NCBI GenBank assembly: GCA_965153285.1
Contig: OZ229111.1
Origin: Podarcis tiliguerta
Taxonomy: Eukaryota
Direction: 5' to 3' (one strand)
Length of the DNA: 64,000 nt
The translations under genes were made by a program, and so were the position numbers. The notes beneath the pieces were generated by a model. That model was not told where the DNA came from, made no database searches, and was given only the letters and a program-made list of their open reading frames with translations. Position 1 is the first letter of the stretch. The number at the start of each line of letters is the position of its first letter. Shown here one piece after another: positions 37,537 through 50,917 of the stretch.

Positions 37537-38370
37537 CAGGAGGAAAGGAAGGGGCCCGTGGAGCTGTATGGACTGAGAATGCTCCACTGGACAAAATCTA
37601 GTATCCTCCTAGAGAATCTGATTCTAACAGTGTTTTTGAGAGTCCCATAAATTGAGAGGAAACTGGACTCAAACCTGCCTGGAATCCCAACCTGGACGAA
37701 TGCAGTTACTTACAAAAAGCACTATTTTTCTATTATATATTCCTGTTGATAACAGGACACCTAAAAGATCTAGTGGTGGGCTGTCTATATTCTTTCTCTC
37801 TTTGCTCGCCAATGATTACAAAAGCTTGCACATAACTAGCGTAGGGAAAGGCTGTCTCCAGTACGTAGACAGGTAGGCCTTCCATTGTGGAGAGAGGCAA
37901 TTATAGAAAGCTGGTCCCTGCAATTACCCATGCCTTGAATTTGGGTAGTGGTGGAACAGGATATGTTCTGTTAGACTTGGGAGGAGGGCACAGTGAAAAG
38001 AAATATTCTTTCCCTGCACAAGGCCTTCTAACACCCCCCCCCTGACACAAGGTGCCTCTGGACTGTCAAGAGGGATTCAACCACATACCATAACTGTGGA
38101 TTTGCACATCTAAAGTATATTAAAGCACCCCTTGTCATTGTAGTGCAACAAAATCACTTTGGAAAATTGACTTTTTGTGGTTTGTGAAGGGAAGTGGAAG
38201 TGCATTCAAAATTGCAGGATGAATGCAATGACAATAGGGGAGACATGTAAACATCCCACAATCAAATCAGGATGAATGCTCATTGCCACATAACTCTGCC
38301 CCACAAGCAAATCAGAAGAACGAAAGCTATGTGAAGTCGGATATAATCTAACCTCCGCCCAACATAACAC

Positions 38371-38802
38371 CACATAACACCAGTCTTGAAAAACCTACAT
38401 TGGCTCCCAATACGTTTCCAAGCACAATTCAAAGTGTTGGTGTTGACCTTTAAAGCCCTAAATGGCCTCTCCCCACTATACCTGAAGGAGCGTCTCCAGT
38501 CCCATCGTTCTGCTGGACGCTGAGGTCCAGCACCGAAGGCCTTCTGGCGGTTCCCTCACTGCGAAAAGCAAAGCTACAGGGAACCAAGCAGAGGGCCTTC
38601 TCGGTAGTGGCGCCCGCCCTGTGGAACGCCCTCCCATTAGATGTCAAAGAGATAAACAACTACCTGACATTTAGAAGACATCTGAAGGCAACCCAGTTCA
38701 GGGAAGTTTTTAATGTGTGACATTTTAATGTATTTTTAATCTTTGTTGGAAGCTGCCCAGAGTGGCTGGGGAAACCCAGCCAGATGGGCGGGGTACAAAT
38801 AA

Positions 38803-38853
<51 letters not shown>

Positions 38854-38868
38854 TATTATTTATTATTA
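38371..38868 (+). mobile_element. L2 LINE 3' fragment with (ATT)n tail
   Basis: Translates HITPVLKNLHWLPIRFQAQFKVLVLTFKALNGL, the L2 ORF2 C-terminal motif; (ATT)n run at ~38803-38868. Confidence 0.92.
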
Positions 38869-39362
38869 AGCCCTCTGCAAGCATTATGAGGGCAAATACT
38901 CAACAAATTAGTTTCCTGGAGGGGCCCTAAGCCACTTTAGGGCAGGGAACAGAAGGGAAGGCTAACCTAAATTGCGGCAGGTTGTTGCTATGGCTTCATC
39001 AGGGTGAGTATGGGGCTGTGTGTGTGTGTGTGTGCCTCCCTCTCCCGCTCTGAAGTGAAGCTGTTGTGCCTGTGGTACAGGCAAGGGGTGAGGCTGGGTC
39101 TTTCCTTCCAATTCACACACTGCTGAGATGGCAGCTCTCACAAGCTTGGTGAGCCCCAGGTCTTCCCATCTGAGGCCTGGCCCACCAAGCTGCTTGTGAC
39201 TGTGTGCTGCTGGAGCTCTATGAGGCCGGCCTGGGTGAGGAGCTACGATCACTGCAATGCGAACAGAGGTGTGTGGCGGGGGAGTCCACTCCCACCCCTT
39301 GCACTGCTGTGATGGAAGATTGGCTGAACAGCTGAGCAGAGAAGGGTTGGAAAAGAAAAAAC

Positions 39363-39423
39363 CTTCCCTATTCAGGGCTGCCTTCAGATGTCTTCTATAG
39401 GTTGTATAGTTACTTATCTCCTT
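39363..39423 (-). mobile_element. Short L2 3' fragment
   Basis: Reverse complement of the agaagacatctgaaggca...agggaag segment at ~38672-38706. Confidence 0.7.
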
Positions 39424-39444
39424 GGCTCGGGGGTCACATAACTC

Positions 39445-39582
39445 CATACCACCCAACATTTCTCTGATGAAAATAGGGACGTCCTAAGGGAAAGCGAGAC
39501 ATTCCAGGATCAAATCAGAAACTGGGATGGCTTCTGTAAATCTGGGACTGTCCCTGGGAAATAGGGACTCTTGGAGGATCTG
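39445..39582. mobile_element. MITE related to 32216-32340
   Basis: Shares caacatttctc.gatgaaaatagg...gtaaatc.gggactgtccctgg.aaatagggac.cttggagg.tctg. Confidence 0.8.
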
Positions 39583-42500
39583 CAGACCGGCTCAACTGAA
39601 CCACCTCTATGTTTTCTGCCTGGATGGCAGCTGCAAGGCCTGGCTCCCTACTGTTCCCTTTCCTTCTGAAGAGAAGCCGCGCCAGGGACAGAAGACGCCA
39701 AGGCTCCTATTTCCCTCTAGCCACCTAGCTGTGCACATATTAGAAGTTCATTGTGACTAAGAGACATCAGTACCAAACTGACCCACCCACCCACCCACCC
39801 ACAGATAAGGTGTCTTGGTGCAGACCTTAATCTTCAGCTCTGGGAATTTATACAAATGCGCTCCCCACATGCACTAGGAACTCTACACTGGCTGCTATAA
39901 CTGCACAGCATTTCCTGATTTAATTGCTCTTCTTTACTAATATGAACAAGGCATGAAATCAAGAAACTTCTATCAGCAGAAACAGAATATTATGTTGGCA
40001 AACATTACCCGGCAGCGTTAGCCATTCTGGGATGCTGCTCATGGCGAGGGTGTAAACTCTGGAGGTTTCTTCTTTCCTCCAAATTCAGAGATGGGATGTG
40101 GGAGTGTGATGATGGTGGTGATAAAGATGATGGGGAGAATAAGATCGCAGGGCGGTTCCTAGTTAAAGCAACACACCAGCACTGCCGCAAACTCCTGTCC
40201 CTCGGCCCCAACTCAATTCCACCTATAAGGCAAATGCTGCAAAGGAGCAAAACGACTTGACCGATGCCAAAGGGGAGCCGTTAAAAATGAGGATTTGCAC
40301 AAGGGTAGGGTCTTCTCTGAATTTGTCAATGAGATTAGGGTTGCATATCGGAGAAGGCATGGGTGCTGAATTTATTTCATTCTGGGCAAGCAACCTTGAG
40401 CTGTGAAAGCTTGGGTGAAAAACAAACAAACCTTAAATCTAAGTGTGTCCGAGTCAGTGCCTGTATATTTGAATTTGCAGAAGACTTCTGATGCTGGTTT
40501 GGGAAGTTTCCGGCTGCGTGAGCATGCCTATACAGACCGCACTCTATGAGCTTATACAACAATATGCTGTGTACAAACACCGAGATGTGTGAAATTGTAT
40601 GGAGTCAGCGGCTTATGTGTTCATGTGCAGGAGCCAAACAGCACCAGTATTTGTAACTTTAAGTGATGATATGGAAAAATAAAAATAAAACACACATTTG
40701 TGTTAGCCTGAGTGAGATGTGTTTACACACATGCGCGGAATGTGCCCGCCATCGCAATTCTTCTTCTATATATGTAAGAATCCTTCCTGTGATTAAGCAA
40801 GAAGTGCTAAATAACCAACAACCCCCATTTAATCTACTCCCTCTCTCTTTCTCTCTCCTTTCCTCCCTTTCTGCTGTGCTTCCACTATCTCTTTATTAGG
40901 GGAAAACCGGTTTGCAACACAAACTGAAAAGACAGCAGTGACAAAATCAGTTAGCAAATGCTTCTATATTAACACATTTTCAATAATTTGTCGTTGTCCC
41001 CCCAACAAATCGTTGGTGGAAAAATATTTCCTTCAGCCCAGCTGTGCCTGCTACCCAAGCACTGCTTCCTGGGCTGAGGGCCTGGGGAGCAGAGTGTATC
41101 CCAGCTAGGCTGTGATTGTCAAAAGTAAAGAAAAATGAAAGGGGTGAAGAGGCAGCAGGAAGGATAGATAAATAAAAAAGGATTTCACTTGCAACAATGT
41201 GGTTAGTGATGAAGGAACATTTATTCTCTAGAGATGTTTAACCTGACGACATCGTTTTTTCTCCTCTAAGCTGCCTTTAAGCTACAGCAATTTTCTGTTC
41301 AGGAAGGCCCTGTCATTTCGGAGACGCACACCGCTTGGGGTGACCCAAAAGCTTTGCAGGATCCTCAGCTTCCTTCAGACTTCAAACAACATGTGGCGGC
41401 ATGTGATGCGAGTGTAAATTTTAACAGCAGCTTTGACCCACTCTGCAAATTAGCGCACATTAATCGAGTCACCCGTCGGCTACAGAATCTGCTGTACCCA
41501 TTGCTGGATATCCAGGGTGCTTCATAGTACTGTAGAGTTTGCACCAACTGGGGCAAGCAAGAAGTCTGCCTGCTGCAGAAGCACTGAGGATCCTACCCTC
41601 CCCAATTACGCCAAGGGCTGTTTCAAAGCACCAAGCGACTCAGCAGGATGATCACAATCTTTGCCGATTATGCTGCACTGAGAAAAGGATGCCACAATGC
41701 TAGCAAGCCCTTTCAGATAGCTTTGCCAGCCTTTTTTCTTTCCCCACTAAAGTTATATCTGACTAAGCTGAGCCACAATCTTGTACCTCACCCCTGCACT
41801 CCACACCCTTTTAAAAAAATATTACACAATGGAAGCTATTAGAGCAACCTCTTTCTTCCTCCCAACACCCTACTACCTAGACCCAGTAGGAAAAGATAGT
41901 GAAGCTGGCGGTTTCTGCATGCCTGGCAAGTATACGCCATGCAGAGGAACAGAGGAGTTCCTGAGGGGCAGCTGGGACACTGGCCATGGCTGCCTGTGGC
42001 AACTGCAGGAAGCAGTCCACCGCTAGCCCCCAAAGTGCCTAGGAGGGAGTTGGCGCCTCCCAGGCTCTTGGCTAGTCATCGTTCTCCAAACAAATTGTTT
42101 TTGGAGACACACAAAGAAATGTTAATATGCTCCAAACAAGCCCAAGAATGGACAAGTAACAAGGGTGTCCTTTCTAATGAAACCGAAATAAGAGGCAAAT
42201 CCTGCCTTTGACTCCGGTCATATCCTTTCAAGAAATAACTGGTTGCCAGGCATGTGTGTGTATATGTGTGTGCATGGAATTATGGTTTCTGATACCATTT
42301 TCCATGGGTGGACTCAAGCTTCCTTTTTTAGGATGGAAGAAATATGCAAGCCAACATGAGTAGTGGCTAAATTTTATAAACACGCAGGTAAACATTAGTT
42401 CAAAATTATATGTGTGTAAGCAGGTAATCACAAAAGCATTGTGCAAAGTATTTAATATGAGAATCCGACTCCTTTGACTTGTTCAGTTGTTATTCTCTCG

Positions 42501-45500
42501 GTGTGAAAATAACAGTAATTGTGTGGGTCACCTTGTGTTGCTGGATGAGCAAAACGCAATAATTTCGCGTATAAGGGATTAATTAATATTAAAGCAATTC
42601 AACTAAAACTTTGGCTTTACTTGGGACTGAATAAATCAAACTTAATGAGCCAAATGTTCAAATTTTATTTGGGCAGTGGTAACACCCAATTTGTTTCATC
42701 CCCGCCATTTACAAGTGGCATTCACTGCTAAAAGAATCTGGAAATTCTCATCAGCATCCAGCCTGGTCATTAAGACACACAATAATAACCCTCAGCATCA
42801 GCTATAAAACCCAACATTTCCCAGCTATTTCTACACAAACACACAGGCACCATCAATTTATTTTAAACAGATTTCATTATACGTGTGCAATAAATACATA
42901 CACAAACATATATGCGCAGATGTCTGTTTTAAAGATTTGCTATTTATGTCGTTCCACGCCTGTTTCTTATCTGCACACACAGGGGAATCCCCTCTATCCG
43001 AACCTCAGTTTTCTAAAGTTCCCTGTTAATTGAATCCATTTTGAATTCTCCTAATATGCCATATAAGAATTCTAACTCTTGATAGTATAAATCATGTAAG
43101 TATTTTGTCTGGGTCCCTTCACTTCTAAAATGATCCAGTAAAGTAATATATTGCACACACTTCTTTTTTTTTGCATACACTCATTCAGAGGCACACCAGG
43201 AGTGTCAAGCGATAAACAACTGAGAGGACTATTGAAGGAGAAGCTGGGTTTTTAAAAATATTGCTTCCAATCTTTAAGTTCAGAAAGAGAAGCTTTGAAC
43301 ACTTAATGGGCCTGTGGGAGAAAAGAGTGTCACTAGAGATTGTATCAGCGGTCCCTATTGCATTTAACATGTGAACTTATACACAGATGTTAAAAATGCA
43401 TGAATACAGCTGTGTTATGACAAAGCATTTTAGTGACGTCACCGTTGAAACTGAAGCGAAATGTTCAGTTTTTTACTTATGGGTGATGAATCTTGATTAA
43501 AGAAAAAATACCTTGCAAAATTAATGGGCCTAAAGCTCATGGTCACTGCTACACCGTGTTAGAACAATGGTCCATCTAACTTAATATCCTGCCTTGATTA
43601 ATGTAAAAAGTACTGTTTGATTCTAAGGAACCAATGGAACAATTATGGAGTGACAGAAATCGGCAGGAACAATCCTACTCTACCTAGGTGATGGATTTGA
43701 AGCACCAATAATGGGTAGCAAATTGTCGCATTATATAATTATTATGGGTGACAGAAGGGAAGGCACTTTCTATCCTAGGTACCAAAACATCTTGAGCTGG
43801 CCCTGAAATAGTGCCATCCTGCTGTCCACACCCAGTCTCTTCTGCAAATCAAGACGGAGAGTTAGAGATAAAGTGATTGCGGTTGTGTACCCTGGACTGT
43901 CTATTGACCAGTATCTGCTGGTGGGCCTACATAGCATGGTTTAGGCAATCAATTATTGAAATGCAAGTTTTCTACCTGTCTGGGAAGGTTTGTTTATATA
44001 TGCCCTGCTCCCTGGAAGGCAGAGTTTTCAGGCAGCCTACTAAGCGCAAAATGTGGTTCTTGCCTCCTTTAAAATATTAGACAACAGGGCTTGTAAGTGT
44101 GCTCTGCCCATGCCTGGACCAAAACTGGACCATGAGATAAGGGCAAACATGGTGAGGACCTCACACTCAGTCACCATGGCACACCCATCTAGGCCTTAAA
44201 AGGATCCAACTGTGGAACAAATTGGGGGCAGGATATGATCAATTACATCATGAACTGCATCGTCTGCATAAGTCCATCCTCCACTCCCAGTTCTTCTTTT
44301 CAAAAATACTATTTTAAACTAATAGGAACTTCAAGCACCGATCATCAACTTCTGCCAAAGATAGGAGGAGGAAAAAAATGGGCTAAAGCCCCAAACAAAA
44401 CAGAACAAACCCCCCAAAAGCTAATCCTTCTACACAGCATCTAAAAAATCTGCAACCAAAGTGCGAGAGACTTGGAAAAATCAAAGAGGGAATGAGGGAG
44501 GCCGAATAAAAGCAAAGAGGCTGGAGAAAGGGCTAGGAAAATGAATCTGTTGAGTGAAACCTCTCCTTCTCCTAAATTCCTCTGTGCCGGCGTTGTGGGC
44601 TCTAGCCACTCATTTAATGATCTTGTTCGCAATATTTCTTTGCCCAGTCTAGGGGAAATGCAATAAGCACCAGGCTAAACGTGTCCATGCAGCTTTGCTG
44701 AAGAGTTAGCAGGCTGAAGTGCTACGCAGTGCGACCAAAAGCAGAAGCCCAAAGGGATTCCACTAAGAGAATATCCTCTCTGTTTTAATCATCTTAGCCC
44801 AGACTGTCTTGTAGTTCAAAACAAGAGAGATTCCCCCAGTGTTCCCCTCAAGCATTCATAAATCCCTCATGCAGCTGATTGGAACGGAGGGATGTATTCT
44901 GAACGAGTTAGTCTTCTTTTTTCTTCAGGGATTCCCAAGCACAAGGAGGAAAACACTGAAACCCCCAAATCTCATTTTCTCTCTCTCTGAGACTGCTGGG
45001 CATTCCATTCTAGTTCTCTATCCCTGACCTACACATCCGAAGCACAGAGAGCCCTATGTTTCAAAGGACCCCTTTCTTCTGGACAGCGCTATAAGGAAGA
45101 AGCAGCCACCTCACTCTGCAAAACTTGAGCAAGTCCTGCACCTGAGCTGTCTTGTCACTGCAGCTTCACAATGCCTTCCCTACAGATCCTTTGAAGAATT
45201 AAAACCAAATAACAGCTGCCTCCTTTCTCTTGACTAAGACCTTGGAACAAACCAGCAAGAGACCCCTCCGCCCCCCACCAAGGTGGTTGGCCTCATAGGC
45301 CACTTAATGCCAGCGGTTAGGATGTCATGAATTTTTAAAACTCCTTCAAGCGCAAATGGAAGGGGTTAGCACAGCTGGGAGATGGGGATTTCCAATGCTG
45401 CAAAGAGGTTTTTGAAGCAACGGCTTCCTTTCCTCTGGAGATCCTAGGCAAGGAAACATGTGCAGCTCCAGGACCACAGTGATGGGAGTGAAAGGAAGTG

Positions 45501-46219
45501 CAGTGGTGGTGATACTACAGGCGTGCCAAACCCCCCTCTCCCCACCCCCCGGGAGAAGTTAAGGAACTAGACTCACATTGCAGCGAGATTCTTCAGCTAA
45601 GGGAGACACGCCTGGGATTCAGCTGGCTGGAAATTGGGTTGCAGCACTTTGGAGGGCCAAGTCGAGACAGACAGATTTATATTTTAAATTACTTCACACA
45701 TATACATACAGAACATCCAACCGTACCGGAGGCGTAAAATTCGACCGCAATAGAAAGGCAACTGGGACACAGGGAGGCTGGGATGAACCCTAACAAAAAA
45801 GCAATGCATATGCCATTGGATGACACAGATTGTATTCAGGTTAACAATACACATCAAAAAGAAATTTCACGCGCATGGTCTCTGTGTGCCATGCATTCAC
45901 CCGTTGTCTCTAAGAACACATTTCCGAAAGTTGGACCTAGATATATCCTCAATGACAATATTAAAGCCCGGGGAAAGTGCGATCTCCTTGATCTTAAGCT
46001 TGCATCTGATTGCTACCACGCCAGCACCTCTGCAGCCAGACAGCACACAGGTGCTACCCTGGAACCGTTAACAACTCCTGTGACAACTGAGAAAGCAAAA
46101 CGGACGTGCCTTTCGGGAGGATGGGGGGAAAAGGGGGTGGAGGCGATTAAAGCCCTGACCTTTAGATCTGGGGATTCCAACCACGTGTGAAGCAGGTAGG
46201 TATAAAGAGGCGGACTTAC

Positions 46220-46321
46220 CTGCTGGAGGTAGAGGAAGGCCGGGGGGCAAGGTAGAGAGTGTGGGAGCAAGGCTGAGTTGGAGACCAGGAGGCAGCCTGA
46301 GTTAGCCATCGAGCAGAGCAT
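46220..46321 (-). CDS. RBFOX3: Putative alternative first coding exon of RBFOX3 (34 aa N-terminal extension MLCSMANSGCLLVSNSALLPHSLPCPPAFLYLQQ)
   Basis: ATG at 46321; ends in consensus donor CAG|GTAAGT at 46220/46219, phase 0, so it joins in frame to GNQG... at 2031. RBFOX1 and RBFOX2 use the same architecture of alternative N-terminal exons spliced onto the GNQ exon. Confidence 0.75.
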
Positions 46322-46419
46322 GTGTTGCCGGCAAGCCCAGGAGCGGCTATGCTGGCAGCTCCCTCTGCTCCCAGACCCTCTGCTTCTTCCCTTTACAGTA
46401 CTTGCTTTTTCTCCGTGGT

Positions 46420-46800
46420 TTTTCTTTTGGCAGCTCCCCCGTGCGGAGCTATTTAAGAGGGCTCCATTGGAGGAGCTGCATGCTGTGTCTCCAGCTCAAG
46501 CAGGGAAGGAGCAGCGTGCAGGCTGAGAGTCACTTGGTGCCATTAGACGAAGCTGCTGAATGAATGCATGGTCCGCAAAGGGTGTGTGTGTATGTGTGCG
46601 CGCATGGGGGGGGGGGGTGGAGAGAGAGAGAGAGAGAGCAGAGGAGGGGGGAGAGGGTTGAGAGGCGGGGGAGTCCCCTGTGCATTCAGACATCAAACAG
46701 CTCACTGCGAAACCAAGAAAAGCCGGAACAGCTGAGCCTGCACTTAACCCCTCACCTGCTGCAACTCTGCCTCTTGCCCTGTGATAAATAGGCCACCAAG
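46420..46800 (-). promoter_or_regulatory. Putative alternative promoter for the 46220-46321 exon
   Basis: TATA-like TTAAATA (minus strand; 46450-46456) ~130 nt upstream of the ATG. The purine-rich leader has no polypyrimidine tract. E-boxes CAGCTG (46729-46734) and CACCTG (46753-46758), a one-mismatch MEF2-like TGATAAATAG (46782-46791), and a GA/GT microsatellite at 46582-46655. Confidence 0.45.
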
Positions 46801-49800
46801 CAGGCTCTGACACTTAACCGGGGTACCTGGCTCAGGCCCGCTGCCTAATCTTGCATCAGCCCAGAGAAAATACAGAGTTATCGTCAGCGGTTCCAGGGAC
46901 AATAATTTCAAGACCCACAACGAGGGAATTATGCTGCTGTGGCATCCGCACTTCCAAAATATGTCTCTCTCTGCTCCCTGCAACATTCCTGGGTATAGGG
47001 AGCGTCTCTGTAACACAGGGTACCCAGCAAAGAAACCCTGGGATAAAGCCTACAGTCTCTCTCTCCCCCCCACACATGCAGGCAAGACAGACCCAGTGTC
47101 CAAATACCAGAGGTAAGCGAGACCTAGATTCTCACACATATAGATGCCTGCACGCAAAGGCCTTATATGCCCTCTGCCCAGACATGGACTTGCACACCTA
47201 CAGGCACGCACACATTGTTGCATGCCAGGCCTGCACAGATGGAAGCCAGCTGACCTCTCCTGAAATATGAGCAGAATTTGGCAGGAGATGCATTTGCTGG
47301 ATTATTCCTGAGTGCTGGGTAGCTTGTCCCATAGGAGCGCAAATAGATCCCAGCTCACTGCACAGAGCCTGTTCCCAGCAGCTTTTGAAGGAACAGGAAG
47401 GCATTGCCTTCTACCTCCCCGGAACAAGGCCTGTGCTGTCTGGGATCTTCTCGTCAAAGGCATGGGTCCTTAGGGGCTGCGCTCATAGGCTGCTGTTTAG
47501 TTAGGTCAGAGTGTGGCAGTTGCTCCCCAATTCTTTGTGATTGGGTTTGCTTGTGAGCAGGCTCCAGGAATGCCAATATCTCCAGCCTTTACTCTAAGCA
47601 AAGTGGCTAAATGTTGCCCACACCCTCTGAAACCTGAAATGTAGTTGGCATATTCCCTATTCAATAGCTGGGTAGCTGTGGCGGAGAAAACAGGATGCAG
47701 CACTACACTATCCATTTGACTGCATGGGCCCCTCTCTTTTTTGCTGGGTTTTGAAACAAGGGGACCAAAAGAAGCTGCTAGTGATATGGAAGACGTTTCA
47801 GGGTTACCTGCTCCCCTCTTTGCCCCACTGAATTATGTACAAGCCATGGGGGTGCAAGAAAAGAATACCAATGTGTGTATTTTAGCACTGCCAAATTATG
47901 GTTGTTTTTTTTGTTTTTCCTAAAATATGGTATTCTGGTCAGAATGCTTCTAAGCACACACAGAGCACCTTTCTATTCCAGGGACAGCTCCCCCTCTGCG
48001 AAATACCCAAGGTAAAGGGAAATTGACATCTGTTTCTAAACACCATTTTAGAAAAGAGAATTTTTTAAAAAGCTGTGAAATTCATACTCAGTGCTCTGTC
48101 CTGTGATATGCGAAGGTGCGAGATGCCCACCTCACAAAAACTGCACCGAAGGCAGGATGCCTGCCCTGTGTAGCTTCTCCCCATCGTTCGCTGTGCCGCT
48201 GGCGCTGTACAGATTGCACCTGTTAGAATTTTCCTTTCAATGCAACACCTCTTGGACAGGAAGCCCTGCACTTTAAGATCTGCATTGAAACGTGAAGCTA
48301 GTACAGGCACATGGCACTGCAATGGGTGAATCTAAACCTAGTAGAAATTCTCCTGTCGGTGTAACTTGCACACATCTCCCTCTAACTTTACATCCTCCTT
48401 GTTTGAGAGCGTGTGTGTGTGTGTGTTTATGGGGTGGGGGTGGGAGTATGAAATTCTTCTAAGGCTTGTAGGATTCTGGGGGAATGGCAACCCTAAAGCA
48501 CGTGTGGCTTCTCTGCCCTCATTTCCTCCCCTGCCCGTTAACCCTGCATTACACACACATGTACAGACATGCATAGATGAACCACTACAGATGATATACA
48601 AATTCTCCTGGCCACTTGTCAGAGGATGCTACAGACCAGCAGCTCATCAAATAGTTACATGCACACGGTGGCAAACAAATTGCTATCTGCATCCACACCC
48701 CCTATCATTTTCTTATCATGCCACTACAGTTGCACATCCTGATAGTAGTGTCCATTAGCTGAGAGTCCATTTCTGCGGGAAGCCTGCTGTGAAGCCTCTG
48801 CTACCGATCAGTGACTTCACAGTAAAGTTTAGTATTGTCACAGCTATAGGAAGGGAGCTGAGGCATCGTGTGAAAGTCTGAGGAGGACGTGCATCTCCCC
48901 ACTCTGACCACTGCAGCTTGTAAACATTTCACAGCTGAGCTTGCATTTCGGGAATAGGCAGTTTGTTCACGTGTTAAGAAGACCCTCTCCAAGATAGCAA
49001 GTCATGGATGCCCATTTGTAAATTCATCTGCATGGATTCATTTATATGTTGGGGTTTCAAATTAGCCCCGCCACAAGGGAATGTGGTAAGAAGCAACATG
49101 TAACACACAACTTACTAAAAGGTATAAAACACCAGTGAAAAGTATGAAACGTTGTTAGTTCACACATTTAAACAATTTCAGTGGGCTTGAAACCTCATCA
49201 TAAAATGTCAGCCCAAAAACAACATTATCGTGGTGTTCAGCAGCAAACACAGCAAGTGTTCTGGTTCAGATTCTTGGGATGCCTCTAGAGCAGGAATTTT
49301 CAACTTTTTCAGACCCAGGACCCACTTTTAACCAAAACATGGATTTGGAGACCTATTTCTTACTCTTTCACCATATATTTTCATGGTGGTAGTGCTCCTG
49401 TTGCAACCCATCTTGGATCAGGGAAGTCTCTAAGAAAATCAGCGTGGACTTGTTGCATGGGTGGCCCTGAGGTAGCAGCTTTTTTCTCCATTGTTTACAG
49501 ACCTAGGAAAGAGCTCTTGTGCTCAGACCCTGAGGAAGCAGCCTCTCTCTCAGGTGCCTACAGATTTCAGGAAGGCCAAGGCTTTTTATGCCTATTCTAC
49601 AGATGTGCCTCGCATTGAAGGACCTCTGGCTTTTAGGCCAGTCCCGCAGCTCCACTCAACCTAGCTTCCCCAACTGCTTTCTGCTAAAGCACTGGAAGGC
49701 CCAGGGTAGATGTGCCAGTCAGCTGCAAAGCCACCTGTGCTAGGTTTCGCTTGCTGTGCGGCATAAACGTGAATCCCATGTTCAGTTCAGCCAGAATGTG

Positions 49801-50917
49801 GGGGACACTGCAATTGGGCTGCCTTCCAAGGCTCAAAGGCAGAATTTTCCCTGCGAGGCAGAGATGCTTCTAAGTGAGTTTTATTGGGTGATTCTTCCTG
49901 GTGCAGCAGTCATCGGAAAAATGCAGAGTGTAAGACCGGGGGCTTCAATTCTTCTCAGTTCTGTCTACATACACACACTCCATCAAGAAAATGCATCTCT
50001 ACTTCTCTTTGATGCACTGTGGGGTCCTGGGGGAACACAACTCTCCCCCACAAAAGCTCTCTGTAAGTGCCACATGGCACTGATGTGGTGGAAATTGTGC
50101 TGGGTGCGGCTGCCTTTCGCAGCTTTCGGACAAACAGGGTGCAGGCACTTACAGATTTACAATATGAACAGAGTCTGCCACAAACCTCGGCACATCTTCT
50201 CAGGAAATGGTTCAGAATAGCAACCTTATTGAAGAGCTGTCTGAAGCTCCTTAGCAGCTTACGTCGCGAGGGACTGTAGGCAAAGGAGAGATTTATGGGT
50301 GTTGCCCCAGGTCTCCCAGTGAAAAAAGTATATATGCTAAGAGCCCCAGAGCGCAGAAGGCAAGTCAAGGGTTGAACAGACAGGAATCAGGCAAATGCTC
50401 CTTCAAACTGGCTGGCTGCTTAGGTCACAGAGCTGGCTGTTTCTAGGTTAGCATATACCCCTACGTGTTAACTCCTGGCAGCAACAAAAAAGGAAACTCA
50501 ACAAAAAGAGGATTCTGTCTGGTTCCGCAGTGAGTCTGGCTTTACTTTCGATCACCTTCCCACGCTAACTGTAGAGCTATCTGCAAAGTCTCAGGATATA
50601 ATGCACAAAATGGTGCTGTGATCATTCTAAAAGACAAAGAAAATGAAGGGCAACTTTCCCAAGAAGGGGAGCATATCTGTCAGTATTATGAAAACACACT
50701 ACCTTCTGCCTAGCTCAGGAAAGCTTTGTGGAAAAATGGAACCAATGATATAGCAGATGGGAGAAGATCCACAAGTAGAATTGTGTGCCGTCTATAATGC
50801 TTATACTAAGGGGTAGACCATACTTCACGCAATCCACTTGGTGTGATTTTTAAGACTCACTAGCTACTTAATGAAAGGACAGCCAGCATGATGCTTCCCC
50901 TCCCTGCAAGATGCTTG

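Noticed and set aside
40349-40371. REST/NRSE site (TTCAGCACC half-site on the minus strand; other half-sites at ~45080 and ~53475)
   Set aside because: Only isolated half-sites; no correctly spaced full RE1 motif.
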